In this document: positions 19,398 through 33,824 of the stretch, in pieces
How the letters are laid out: each line of letters opens with the position of its first letter
How positions within the stretch are numbered: position 1 is the first letter of the stretch
Assembly: GCA_964434605.1 (NCBI GenBank)
Contig: CAYSVM010000002.1
Coordinates: 47 to 64,046 of the forward strand
DNA: 64,000 bases
Direction: 5' to 3'
Source: an uncultured Candidatus Saccharibacteria bacterium
GTDB lineage: Bacteria > Patescibacteriota > Kazan-3B-28
Position numbers and translations under genes: made by a program
Notes under the pieces: generated by a model
The model's database searches: none
What the model was told of the DNA's origin: nothing
The model's input: only the letters and a program-made list of their open reading frames with translations

Positions 19398-20792
19398 TAT
19401 CCTATTCAAAATATCCTGTGCCAGAGCGGGTTCTGCTTGTCCCTTACTCTTTGCCATTATTTGTCCCATTAGGAAGCCTTTTACCCGTTCATCCCCCGCT
19501 TTTACCTTAGCAACTATTTCAGGATTGTCATCAATTACTTGTTTCACTATCTTTTCTAAGTCTTCTTCGCTCAAAAACTTTAATTCACCAACTAATTCTG
19601 CAGGTGTCTTTTTGGTCTTTGTAATCAAGTCATAAAGTTTCTGTGCAGAACTTCCTGATAACTTATTCGCCATCACCACTCCAATAAAATCAGTAAATGT
19701 TTTTTCTCCCACAAATTCTTTCGGCAACCAGTTCGCCACTAGTATCGGATCAAAGTTGTTGTTCTCCGTCATTACATTCACAAGCTCTGCTAATTTATCC
19801 AAATCCTGCAATTCACTCACCCGTGCATATGGCAAACCAAATTCTTCCGCCTTCAATCGCAACGTAGACGGAAGTAGTGGTAAATCAGCACCAATTTCAT
19901 CAATCTTTTCTTTTCCTATCGTAATAGAAGGCAAATCAGGCTCTGGAAAGTACCTATAATCCACCGAACCTTCTTTGCTCCGCTGCGAAATAGTTGTGCT
20001 AGACTTTTCATCCCATCCTCGAGTCTCCATTTCAATCCGCTCACCTTTTTCGAGCATCTCTACTTGTCTTTCAATTTCATACCGAAGAGCCTGTTCCATA
20101 AAGCGGAACGAATTCATGTTCTTCACTTCCACCTTACTACCCAGGGCGTCTTGTCCCAGTGGTCGTACCGATACATTAGCATCCACCCTCATATGCCCCT
20201 TTTCCATATCCGCCCTAGATACACCTAGCATACGCACCACCCTTTGTAATTCCTGTAAGAATGCTCTAGCTTCTTCTGGTGATTTAATATCTGGCTCTGT
20301 CACAATCTCCATTAGTGGCGTACCACAACGATTCAAATCCACCAGAGTCGCATCTTTGGCATGTACTAATTTCCCCGCGTCTTCTTCCAAATGAATTCGA
20401 GTAATCCCAACCGAAAATTCTTTTTTCGTCTTTCTGTCCCCTGCTAAATAATCCACCTTCAGGTTGCCTTTTTCACCAACGGGATAAAAAAACTGTGAAA
20501 TCTGGTAACCCTTGGGAAGATCTGGGTAGAAATAATTCTTGCGATCGAATCTCTGCATGGGATTTATCGAACAACCTAGGGCAATTGCAGTTTTTATTCC
20601 CCAATCAATTGCCTGTTCATTCATTACCGGCAACACTCCGGGATATCCCATACATACAGGACAAACATGAATATTTGGTTCAACATTTTCTGAATTGTTA
20701 TCACAACGACAAAACATCTTGGATTTTGTATCCAATTGCACATGGATCTCTAGTCCTATCGTCGCCTCATATTTCTCTATCGCTGTATTCAT
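19386..20792 (-). CDS. gatB: Asp-tRNA(Asn)/Glu-tRNA(Gln) amidotransferase subunit B
   Basis: 468 aa; N-terminal YEATIGLEIHVQL and C-terminal GatB/YqeY domain. Confidence 0.9.
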   Translation of the reverse strand: MNTAIEKYEATIGLEIHVQLDTKSKMFCRCDNNSENVEPNIHVCPVCMGYPGVLPVMNEQAIDWGIKTAIALGCSINPMQRFDRKNYFYPDLPKGYQISQFFYPVGEKGNLKVDYLAGDRKTKKEFSVGITRIHLEEDAGKLVHAKDATLVDLNRCGTPLMEIVTEPDIKSPEEARAFLQELQRVVRMLGVSRADMEKGHMRVDANVSVRPLGQDALGSKVEVKNMNSFRFMEQALRYEIERQVEMLEKGERIEMETRGWDEKSSTTISQRSKEGSVDYRYFPEPDLPSITIGKEKIDEIGADLPLLPSTLRLKAEEFGLPYARVSELQDLDKLAELVNVMTENNNFDPILVANWLPKEFVGEKTFTDFIGVVMANKLSGSSAQKLYDLITKTKKTPAELVGELKFLSEEDLEKIVKQVIDDNPEIVAKVKAGDERVKGFLMGQIMAKSKGQAEPALAQDILNRILTL

Positions 20793-21208
20793 AACACTCT
20801 CAATTGCCTCAAACTATCTTTAAAAAATCTAATCGCTCTTTCTGCCTCATGCCGTGCCAATTTCGCATCCACCTCATGAGCCAAATGGTTACGTAACTTG
20901 TGTGCATCCCATGCCACCTGCACATTACTAAACAAATGCTTACTGTTTTTTAATCTCTCTCCCAAATTTGCACCAGATACATTCTTTAGAGTTAGCACAT
21001 AATCTAAAATCTTATCCGCTTCAAATACTGCCTTCACCCAAGACGCTTCTCTTTCATCTGCCATTAGCAACTCAACGTTATTCCAAAGCTCATGAATTTT
21101 TTGCCGTTCATTTTCAGAAATAAGCTGTCGCTTACCAGAAAGATAGAAAATAAGTCCAAATGCTATCCCGGCAATCACCAATACAACTAGCAAGAAATAG
21201 ATCATCAT
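20789..21208 (-). CDS. hypothetical membrane-anchored protein inserted between gatA and gatB
   Basis: 139 aa; N-terminal TM helix; start and stop overlap both neighbours by 4 nt. Confidence 0.5.
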   Translation of the reverse strand: MMIYFLLVVLVIAGIAFGLIFYLSGKRQLISENERQKIHELWNNVELLMADEREASWVKAVFEADKILDYVLTLKNVSGANLGERLKNSKHLFSNVQVAWDAHKLRNHLAHEVDAKLARHEAERAIRFFKDSLRQLRVL

Positions 21209-22557
21209 CTTATTCTCTCGTAAGCATCTGCCACTTTTAATATGGTTGGTTCATCAAACTGCTTCCCCATAACCTGTAATCCCACCGGCATTCCATCCAC
21301 TTTTCCGCAAGGAACAGATATTGCCGGCAACCCCGCTAGACTTGCAGGAGTAGTAAGCAAATCCGCCTGATACATCTCTAAGGGATTGTCTGCCTTTTCG
21401 CCAATCTTGAATGCAATAGTTGGAGTAGTTGGTGAAAGTATTACATCCACTTTTTTGAAAGCCTCATCAAAATCTTGCTTAATAAGCGCCCTTACCCTTT
21501 GAGCCCTGTCATAATACGCATCCCTAAATCCCGCAGATAAAGTATATGTCCCAAGCATAATTCTCCTTTTCACTTCTGCACCAAACCCTTCTGCCCTTGT
21601 TGTGAAATACATCTTAATTAAATCTTCTACCTTGTCATCTGCACCAGTAGAAAGACCATACCGAACTCCATCATATCTACTTAAATTAGCCGAAACTTCT
21701 GCTGGCTGAATAATGTAATAAGTCGCCAATGCATATTTAGAATGTGGCAAACTAACTTCCACAATCTCCGCTCCCACATCTTTCAATTTACCTATCGCCT
21801 CATTAACTGCCTCCGCCACTTTTCCGTCCACCCCTTCTGCAAAATATTCTTTTGGTACGCCGATCTTTACGCCTTTCACATCCCCATCTAGAAATGCTAA
21901 ATAATCTGGAACAGAAATATCTACTGTTGTAGAATCATGTTCATCTTTCCCCGCAATTACCTGCAAAACTTTTGCTGCATCCAAAACCGTATTGGTAATT
22001 GGACCAATCCTATCCAAAGAGCTTGCCATTGCAACTAAACCATATCTGCTAACGCGACCATATGTTGGCATTAGCCCCACTACACCGCAAAAGCTGGCTG
22101 GCTGACGAATAGAACCACCTGTATCACTCCCTAATGCAAAAGGCACTATCCCAGCCGCTACCGCAGCCGCAGAACCACCCGAACTACCTCCTGGTACCCG
22201 AGTAGGATCAACTGGATTCTTTGTCGTTCCAAAAGCAGAATTCTCTGTCGAGGAACCCATAGCGAATTCATCTAAATTAAGCTTTCCCGCAATCCACGCT
22301 CCTGCCTCTTTCAGTTTTGTAATTACAGTTGCCTCGTACGGAGAAACAAATTTCTCCAACATTTTGGAAGCACAAGTGGTGGGATATTCTATCGTCGCAA
22401 TGTTGTCTTTAATAAAACAGGGCACACCCAATTCGCCTTTCCCTAACTTGCCCGCTTTATCCGCAATCGACAACAAAAAATGAAACTTCTTGTCTGCTTC
22501 TCTAGCGCCCTCAAGAAACTCTTCCAAATCTATCTTCTTCGCCTCTGCAATATCCAT
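21205..22557 (-). CDS. gatA: Glu-tRNA(Gln) amidotransferase subunit A
   Basis: 450 aa; amidase signature [14 protein letters not shown] and Ser-cisSer-Lys triad context. Confidence 0.9.
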   Translation of the reverse strand: MDIAEAKKIDLEEFLEGAREADKKFHFLLSIADKAGKLGKGELGVPCFIKDNIATIEYPTTCASKMLEKFVSPYEATVITKLKEAGAWIAGKLNLDEFAMGSSTENSAFGTTKNPVDPTRVPGGSSGGSAAAVAAGIVPFALGSDTGGSIRQPASFCGVVGLMPTYGRVSRYGLVAMASSLDRIGPITNTVLDAAKVLQVIAGKDEHDSTTVDISVPDYLAFLDGDVKGVKIGVPKEYFAEGVDGKVAEAVNEAIGKLKDVGAEIVEVSLPHSKYALATYYIIQPAEVSANLSRYDGVRYGLSTGADDKVEDLIKMYFTTRAEGFGAEVKRRIMLGTYTLSAGFRDAYYDRAQRVRALIKQDFDEAFKKVDVILSPTTPTIAFKIGEKADNPLEMYQADLLTTPASLAGLPAISVPCGKVDGMPVGLQVMGKQFDEPTILKVADAYERIR

Positions 22558-22560
22558 ACC

Positions 22561-22872
22561 CTAATCTCTATTGAATACACTCTTCACTTTTATATACCCC
22601 TTCTCACTCGCAGGAGCTTGTTTCAAAAACTCTTCTCTGGTTATTTCACTTTTCTCAACATAGTCTCCTGCCATTACATTATTTAGTCCTGTAATCTGCC
22701 CACCCACACTAGAATCACCATCCACTGTATTCGTATCCACTTTCTGCAGTTCGCTTACATATCCCAAAACTGCCGACAACTCTTCGGCATACTTCTGGCT
22801 CTCTGCCTCACTTAGCTCGATCCGAGCTAACAGCGCGATATGCTCCACCTCTTCTTTTGGTAACCTATCCAT
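22561..22872 (-). CDS. gatC: Glu-tRNA(Gln) amidotransferase subunit C
   Basis: GatC core MDRLPKEEVEHIALLARIELSEAE...; start assigned to the internal Met (ORF-track ORF extends to 22977 through a non-GatC leader). Confidence 0.75.
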   Translation of the reverse strand: MDRLPKEEVEHIALLARIELSEAESQKYAEELSAVLGYVSELQKVDTNTVDGDSSVGGQITGLNNVMAGDYVEKSEITREEFLKQAPASEKGYIKVKSVFNRD

Positions 22873-22989
22873 ATGGCTATTATACCTGATAAAATTCCCC
22901 ATTACGGGAGCGGATTTCCCCCTTGCTCTCGGGGGGGTAGTGCTATATTGTAGGCGTATTGTAATCATCCAAACCAAAGGAGGTAACGG

Positions 22990-23727
22990 ATGAGAACCTT
23001 GAAATTGACAGTGGCGTTCATCGTCTTGATAGCGCTACTCTTTGCGGGATGGCTTGTAGCCTCCCACTCAACCACCCAACTGGCCTACACCAAATCGGCA
23101 AACACAAACCCAGTCATTGGCAAGACCGCAACAAGTCTTGCCACCAACCCTAACATGCCAAAGGGATTTGTAGATGTAATCTACAAAATCCCCGGCAAAC
23201 CAGCATGGCCAAGCCAGCTGAAGGAAGCGAACATATACATCAGCGTATATGTTCAAGGAAATCTGCCGGACACCCTGAAGAGTGATCCTGCCTTTGATGA
23301 TTTTTACACCCAAATTATGATTGGGCGTAACTATCAGGTGCTGAAGAGGGACGAACTCGATAGACCAATCCAGTACACTTTTACTGGAGGAAACTATCAG
23401 ATTAGAAGCGGTACACCATATCGCTTCGGTGGCGGGATACTACTGGAAATTCCGCCAGTAGTTGCCAGTGACGACCCCAATGTCGTTGGTAACTGGAACA
23501 ATCTCATCAACCGCGAGTGGTGGGATTATACAATGCGAGATCTAGACTCGTTCAAGCCCTACATCCTAAAGGCATCCAAGGATTGGGCAGGTCTGGCTGA
23601 TGTCCCGCATCGGCTAGCAGCGAGGACAATGATGGAACTAGCTAGGTCCATTGAACGTAAGCGCTTTACTGTAGCGTTTGGTGTTCAGGATGGACCACTT
23701 ATTGCAAAACCTCAACCAACAAGATGA
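22990..23727 (+). CDS. hypothetical secreted/anchored protein (245 aa)
   Basis: AAAGGAGG RBS; N-terminal signal/TM; GC visibly higher than neighbours; strong terminator follows at 23744-23780. Confidence 0.5.
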   Translation: MRTLKLTVAFIVLIALLFAGWLVASHSTTQLAYTKSANTNPVIGKTATSLATNPNMPKGFVDVIYKIPGKPAWPSQLKEANIYISVYVQGNLPDTLKSDPAFDDFYTQIMIGRNYQVLKRDELDRPIQYTFTGGNYQIRSGTPYRFGGGILLEIPPVVASDDPNVVGNWNNLINREWWDYTMRDLDSFKPYILKASKDWAGLADVPHRLAARTMMELARSIERKRFTVAFGVQDGPLIAKPQPTR

Positions 23728-23743
23728 ACCTTAGACAACCACC

Positions 23744-23780
23744 GCCCTAGCGCATCCGTGCGTTAGGGCTTTTTTATTTC
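23744..23780 (+). terminator. rho-independent terminator
   Basis: gccctagcgcatccgtgcgttagggc hairpin + ttttttatttc. Confidence 0.8.
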
Positions 23781-23797
23781 TTTTTCAATCTCAAAAA

Positions 23798-23826
23798 TTG
23801 ACACCCAGCCTAAAAATCTCTAATCT
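23798..23826 (+). promoter_or_regulatory. candidate sigma70 promoter (TTGACA-17-TAATCT)
   Basis: -35 perfect, -10 weak; upstream of the 23869 gene. Confidence 0.4.
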
Positions 23827-23868
23827 GAAGGTGATTATTGTACCCTACCAAGAAGGAGGACTACGCCG

Positions 23869-24318
23869 ATGAAGGTCTTTGTGCGAGACCTGCGAATCGA
23901 TGGAGTTACTGTCCATCGTAACCAAGACAAGGAAAGTAGCATAGGCATAGTAGCAGGAATGGACGATGGACGACGAACTGCAATAGTAAACGCAATTCGT
24001 AAACAAAAAGAAGTCGTATTCGAAATTTTTGGCACGTTAGGATGCCAAAACTTCGATTTCATCGGAGCACTCGAGAAGGTGCTCGACGAGATCGAGAGTT
24101 TCGGAAAGGCTCCGTGGGTAAACACTATCGTCATGCTTGACGATGTGGTAACCCGCGAGAGCTATGATCGCATTAAGATGCTTTTTCCAGAGTTCGAGCT
24201 CGAACCGAAGGAAAAAAGCATAACTATCGTCTCAACTAGGCGACAACCAATCATTTGGACTACCAAGTCCTTACGTGACAAGTTGTCGTTAGTCGCGACG
24301 GTATCTCCATCGGCCTAA
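23869..24318 (+). CDS. hypothetical protein (149 aa)
   Basis: AAGGAGG RBS; no recognisable family; elevated GC. Confidence 0.5.
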   Translation: MKVFVRDLRIDGVTVHRNQDKESSIGIVAGMDDGRRTAIVNAIRKQKEVVFEIFGTLGCQNFDFIGALEKVLDEIESFGKAPWVNTIVMLDDVVTRESYDRIKMLFPEFELEPKEKSITIVSTRRQPIIWTTKSLRDKLSLVATVSPSA

Positions 24319-24508
24319 CGGTCTCATCTGTTCTTTTCTTGCGCCGACTTTGGAGCAACTACCAGAGTCACGCAATATATACGACAACCCCCTGCCGAAA
24401 GGCGGGGGGTTTCCCTATGTCCAATATTATCCGCTCTGGAAGCTGATAATCTTGACATTTCTCCCTTTTAGGAGTAAGCTACCCATATCCTTTTACAGGA
24501 GGTACTTT

Positions 24509-24943
24509 ATGTCCCCTAGCGCAACCTTCTTAGTTTTGGGTTCGCTGCTGTGGGTTTTTGTAGCCCACTTTGCGTTATCAAGACTACATCACTGGTTTTT
24601 CCGAGTGATGTCAGTCTTCGCTCTCGGCAGCTTCTTCTGTCTGATATCCCAACATCGGCCAGAAGAAATGTCCCCACACATTTTGTGGGTCACGCCGCTT
24701 GTCGGTCTGATCATCGTACTCTGGAGTATGGTGATCCGACTGGACAAAAGAGCAATCATCAGTTTTCTCATTGGAGCACTGGTGATTGGTCTGGCCGTTT
24801 GGGCAACAAATGCCCAAACACAACCAGACTCGATAACATATCAGCTCCCCTCAAAACAGGAGCTGACAGCACCCGATCCTACTGAACCACCGGGCATTAG
24901 TAGAGTGTTTCTCTACAAAATGTACCATGGTGAAGATCAGTAG
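24509..24943 (+). CDS. hypothetical membrane protein (~144 aa)
   Basis: AGGAGG RBS before internal ATG at 24509 (the ORF-track start at 24350 lacks an RBS); four hydrophobic helices; terminator at 24978-25008. Confidence 0.45.
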   Translation: MSPSATFLVLGSLLWVFVAHFALSRLHHWFFRVMSVFALGSFFCLISQHRPEEMSPHILWVTPLVGLIIVLWSMVIRLDKRAIISFLIGALVIGLAVWATNAQTQPDSITYQLPSKQELTAPDPTEPPGISRVFLYKMYHGEDQ

Positions 24944-24977
24944 GCTGGTCGGGCTAGGAGGAAAGGTAGAAAGAATT

Positions 24978-25008
24978 AGCCCCGCACACGTTGTGGGGCT
25001 TTTCTCTT
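24978..25008. terminator. rho-independent terminator, likely bidirectional (island genes on + and ligA on -)
   Basis: agccccgcacacgttgtggggct hairpin followed by tttctctt on + and by aattctttc on -. Confidence 0.65.
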
Positions 25009-25015
25009 GTCTAAA

Positions 25016-29748
<4,733 letters not shown>

Positions 29749-29771
29749 TCTATTCCAAAAAATTTGTTAAA

Positions 29772-30908
29772 TTATTTCTCTTCCGAAACCAGGGTATAGC
29801 TATTTTTATCAACTCTACGAAATAACTTCTTATTCTGTAAATTAGCAATAACTGTATTCCTTTTTACTTCTCTATCCTTCAACACCGCTTCAATCACTTC
29901 TTCCACCGCTAGAGGTTTACCCGCTTGCTTCATTACCTTGATTATTACATCCGCAACCGCTCCTGGCTGGTACCCTTGTTCTCTAAGGGCATATATGCCT
30001 CTACCCACCAAGACGAACCTGGTATCACCAATAAGTTCATTATGCACCGTCCTACTCAATACCGTCTTCCCCCCAATAAACGTTTGGTTGATTGCATCAG
30101 CAATGTCTCTGAAATGCATTGGCTTTCCAAATTTCTGCAAAACAAGAAAGATTTTGTCACGTATCCTTTTTGGAACAACCGTTGGCCAAGCCACTAATCC
30201 CCACTCTCCACTTTCGGTCTGTGCTAACTTTGCTCCCACCAATAATATCCCATGAACAATACTCGGAGTAAGACGAGCACTATTGTCTGCATAAACTGGG
30301 GTATCTGTCAGTTTTCCCCACAATACATCTTCTGTTACTGGCTTACCTAGATTGACTAAAATCTTTTCTATTTCATCTAAAACTTTTATTACCAAGCCCA
30401 TAGAGGCATTCTTTTTTGCCCAACCAACATGGAACATATCTTCTTTGGGCAAACCAACTACATTGTTATCCAGCGCTACCGTTAAACGCAGGGCATTTAG
30501 TTCCGCTTCTCGTCTCTGATCATTCCCAATCTTAAAATATTCCGCTAATCCAGCCAGAGACATCACTCCTCCCATTTCTAAAAGATAGCTGTTTACAATC
30601 TTCAACAGTTTCGCCAAATCTTTAGTAGGCTTTTCTGCTAGTTTCTTTATTGCAGAATTCTCAACCTGACGAGCACGTTCTCTTGTAACACCAAACTTAG
30701 AACCGATCGCCTCTAAAGTAAGCTTATTGCCATCTTCTAATCCAAACCTTCCCAAGAGCACTTCCCTTTCCCGATCCTTTAGCGAATTAACAGCACTAAT
30801 TACAACCACTAATGGGTCCAGTGCTTCACGGGTCTTTTCCTCTTGTTCCACCATTATTGATTTAATGACGGAACTAGAATCTTCCTGGTTGTAGTTATCC
30901 TCCTCCAT
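29772..30908 (-). CDS. DNA-binding protein with sigma-70 region-4-like HTH and a C-terminal HARE-HTH-like domain
   Basis: 378 aa; LKDREREVLLGRFGLEDGNKLTLEAIGSKFGVTRERARQVENSAIKKL resembles sigma70 region 4. C-terminal MHFRDIADAINQ...TVLSRTVHNELIGDTRFVLVGRGIYALRE resembles the HARE-HTH / RNAP delta-subunit N-domain. First gene of an operon with T4CP-like paralog 2 and ligA. Confidence 0.55.
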   Translation of the reverse strand: MEEDNYNQEDSSSVIKSIMVEQEEKTREALDPLVVVISAVNSLKDREREVLLGRFGLEDGNKLTLEAIGSKFGVTRERARQVENSAIKKLAEKPTKDLAKLLKIVNSYLLEMGGVMSLAGLAEYFKIGNDQRREAELNALRLTVALDNNVVGLPKEDMFHVGWAKKNASMGLVIKVLDEIEKILVNLGKPVTEDVLWGKLTDTPVYADNSARLTPSIVHGILLVGAKLAQTESGEWGLVAWPTVVPKRIRDKIFLVLQKFGKPMHFRDIADAINQTFIGGKTVLSRTVHNELIGDTRFVLVGRGIYALREQGYQPGAVADVIIKVMKQAGKPLAVEEVIEAVLKDREVKRNTVIANLQNKKLFRRVDKNSYTLVSEEK

Positions 30909-30940
30909 CTAAATTCCTCTCACCCCCTTACAACTGTCCC

Positions 30941-30970
30941 GATTATATCATACAAGCCTTTATTTGTCAA
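30941..30970 (-). promoter_or_regulatory. consensus sigma70 promoter (TTGACA-18-TATAAT) for the HTH/T4CP-like/ligA operon
   Basis: Minus strand reads TTGACAaataaaaggcttgtatgaTATAAT, ~35 nt upstream of the 378-aa gene start. Confidence 0.65.
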
Positions 30971-31049
30971 CGAGCAAGAGTTTTTTCTGAAATTGTGGAT
31001 AACTCAAAAATCCTCTACCAGAGAGGAATATTTACCTATACCCCAGAGT

Positions 31050-31328
31050 TTACTGTACTAGATTGTCAAAAATATCCCTAAATTCCTTCACAATTTGGTT
31101 TTTGGTAGCCAAATCGCTAATCGAAGAATAGCGATCCAAAAGGGACTGCATCGTTACATAATCCTCTTTGGAAACTGAAATACTATTGGGAAGCTGAGCC
31201 AAATCTAATACCTGCGCACCAGCCCCTCCACTTAAGGATGACCAATATTGCGCTCCCAAAGCCAAAACACCCAGCACCACTACGATACCAGCAATCACCC
31301 CCGCCGATCTTATCGTCTTGTCATTCAC
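31050..31328 (-). CDS. hypothetical small membrane-anchored protein (92 aa)
   Basis: N-terminal TM helix; no family. Confidence 0.4.
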   Translation of the reverse strand: MNDKTIRSAGVIAGIVVVLGVLALGAQYWSSLSGGAGAQVLDLAQLPNSISVSKEDYVTMQSLLDRYSSISDLATKNQIVKEFRDIFDNLVQ

Positions 31329-31384
31329 TCCCCTATGTTAGCCCAAAATTCCAGAAGAGCAAATTACATGTGTACAATTAGAAT

Positions 31385-31774
31385 ATGTCCAAACATGCTT
31401 CTCTCAAGAATACGGAGAAAATAAAAGTAGTCCCAAAGATTTGGGGAGAAGAACGTTGGATCCACAATGACAAACTTTATTGCGGAAAATTATTAATCGT
31501 GAAAAAAGGGAAACACTGTAGCCTGCACTACCACAAACTAAAAACCGAAACCTTCTACGTTACAAAAGGAAAAATTAAAGTTGAACTAACCGATCTAAAA
31601 AATGCCAAAATCAATCCACCAATCATCCGAGAAACCTTTATCCTAAAAACTGGAGATGCAATTATCCTGCACCCCAAAGACGTGCATCGCTTTACTGCAC
31701 TAACTCCTACTGCACAAATCTTCGAATTTTCCACTCAACATTTCGACAGCGACAGCCACCGAATTGCCATCTAA
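31385..31774 (+). CDS. cupin domain protein
   Basis: 129 aa; cupin motifs (KIWGEERW..., HYH, ILHPKDVHRF). Confidence 0.55.
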   Translation: MSKHASLKNTEKIKVVPKIWGEERWIHNDKLYCGKLLIVKKGKHCSLHYHKLKTETFYVTKGKIKVELTDLKNAKINPPIIRETFILKTGDAIILHPKDVHRFTALTPTAQIFEFSTQHFDSDSHRIAI

Positions 31775-33600
31775 CCCAAAGCTCGCTTGATGCGTAATGC
31801 CCGCTCTTTCCCGATTATTCGGGCAATTTCTGATGCATTTGCTCTTTTGACTGCCGCCATGGAACCGAATGTTTTTATCAACTTTTTGCGCGTTACCGCC
31901 CCAACTCCAGAAACTTTTTCTATTCCCGATGATGTCATCCGTTTTTTGCGAAGACTAGTGTGATAAGTAATCGCAAAGCGATGAACTTCGTCGCGAATAT
32001 TTTGCAATAAAATTTTAGTTGGTGAATTATCAGGTAAAATTTCTATTTTCCCGCTTGGCAAAACTAAATCATCCTTTGCTTTTGTTCGGCTATGACTTCC
32101 CTTTGCAATTCCAATCACTATTACCTTAAAGCCCTCCAAAGCCTTTGTAATTGTGCTAATTTGCCCCTTCCCTCCGTCAATCAGCACCACGTCTGGTAAG
32201 TTCGCGAATTTATCATCACCCTTCTGGTGAGCGAATCTTCTTTGTAAAATCTCCGCCAGACTAGCGAAATCATTGGGACCAGTCACAGTCTTTATCTTGA
32301 AACGGCGATATTGTTTTTTATCCAACTGACCTTTTTCCCACACCACCATTGCACCAACTGAATCTGTTCCCTGGAGATTGGAAATATCATATGCTTCGAC
32401 TCGCTCCAGTTTCTTCAATTTCAAAATATTCTTTAACCCCTCCACTCCTTCGGTGAAAACTAACTTTTCCAATTTCCACTTTCCGGAAATTTGATTGAAC
32501 TTCATCTGTGCGTTTGATCCCGCCAACCTGACAATTGCTCTCTGCCGCCCTTTCGTGGGAACAATTATTTCAATTCTTTTTCCTGTTTTATCCTTTAACC
32601 ACTTTTCAAAACTCTTTGTGCTTTCAATCTCCTCGGGTAATAAAATAGTTTTTGGTAAATCGGCTGCTCCTTCGTAATAGTCTCTCAAAAATCCCTCTAA
32701 AATCTCTGGAATTTCTGTTTCGTATTTTGTATTAACCGCATATTGCTGTTGATTTAGCAACTTACCTGATCGAATCTGCAATAGTATCACCATTGCTTTA
32801 TTCAATGACCTTGCCACACCAATTGCATCCTCGCTAACCGACAAATTGGTTTTTACCACGCTTTGTCTTTCGTTGATTGCTTCAATTGCCCTCAAGCCAT
32901 CTCGAATTTTCGCCGCCCGCTCGTATTCCTTGTTCCCAGACAATCTCTGCATCTCCTGTTTGAGCTGTTTGATAACCAATTCATAGTTGCCGTGCAAAAA
33001 TCGCACTACCTGATCTATGGTTTTGTGATAATCTTTTGATTTTACTTTCCCGACACATACTCCCGGACAAATTTTTAGGTGATAGTTTAAACAAGCTCTA
33101 TTCTGCCCCTTCTTCAAACTAGCCGAGGTAATCGGATGAGTAGCACTGCACAAAGGAAATATTCTCTTGATTAGCCTTAATCCTTCGTACACCTGCCCCG
33201 AAGTCGCATATGGCCCAAAGTATTTCGCTCCATCTTTGGAAACTCTTCTTGCTAATAAAATTTGGGGGAATTCTTCATTTACAGTAATTCGAATATATAA
33301 ATAGTTTTTATCATCCCGCATTATGATGTTGAATTGCGGTCTGTGTTTTTTAATCAACTCGTTTTCGAGTAGAAACGCTTCTGTTTCGCTGTTCACCGTA
33401 ATAGTCTCGATTTTGTGAACCCTCTCCATTAGAGCAACTGTCTTTGGTGACTTGTCCTGTTTGGAAAAATAACTAGCTAACCTTTTCTTAATATTCTTCG
33501 CCTTTCCTACATAGATGACTTTGCCCGCTTTATCTTTCATCAAATACACTCCCGGCTTAGTCGGAGCATTCTTCAAAACTAATTTTGCATTAATTGCCAT
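31771..33600 (-). CDS. uvrC: excinuclease ABC subunit C
   Basis: 609 aa; GIY-YIG N-terminus (KPGVYLMKD..IYVGKAKNIKKRL), UvrBC-interaction region, RNase H-like and HhH C-terminus. Confidence 0.9.
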   Translation of the reverse strand: MAINAKLVLKNAPTKPGVYLMKDKAGKVIYVGKAKNIKKRLASYFSKQDKSPKTVALMERVHKIETITVNSETEAFLLENELIKKHRPQFNIIMRDDKNYLYIRITVNEEFPQILLARRVSKDGAKYFGPYATSGQVYEGLRLIKRIFPLCSATHPITSASLKKGQNRACLNYHLKICPGVCVGKVKSKDYHKTIDQVVRFLHGNYELVIKQLKQEMQRLSGNKEYERAAKIRDGLRAIEAINERQSVVKTNLSVSEDAIGVARSLNKAMVILLQIRSGKLLNQQQYAVNTKYETEIPEILEGFLRDYYEGAADLPKTILLPEEIESTKSFEKWLKDKTGKRIEIIVPTKGRQRAIVRLAGSNAQMKFNQISGKWKLEKLVFTEGVEGLKNILKLKKLERVEAYDISNLQGTDSVGAMVVWEKGQLDKKQYRRFKIKTVTGPNDFASLAEILQRRFAHQKGDDKFANLPDVVLIDGGKGQISTITKALEGFKVIVIGIAKGSHSRTKAKDDLVLPSGKIEILPDNSPTKILLQNIRDEVHRFAITYHTSLRKKRMTSSGIEKVSGVGAVTRKKLIKTFGSMAAVKRANASEIARIIGKERALRIKRALG

Positions 33601-33824
33601 GTTTTCAAATACAGCCCTTTCCAGACTCTCCGTCCTAGAGAAGCCTCTATGTACCGGAAGAGCTGGAAAGGGCGAGGGAGTTGGTGACTCTCGAAAAGAA
33701 TTGGTAGTAAAGCGCGCACGGCTTAGAACGCGTTAAAGACAATAAAAAAAATCGAGAGTCACGAAAATAAGGAGCTATACATAAACTGTACTCCCTTCTT
33801 ACCTGTTATTATGCCCCCAGTCAA

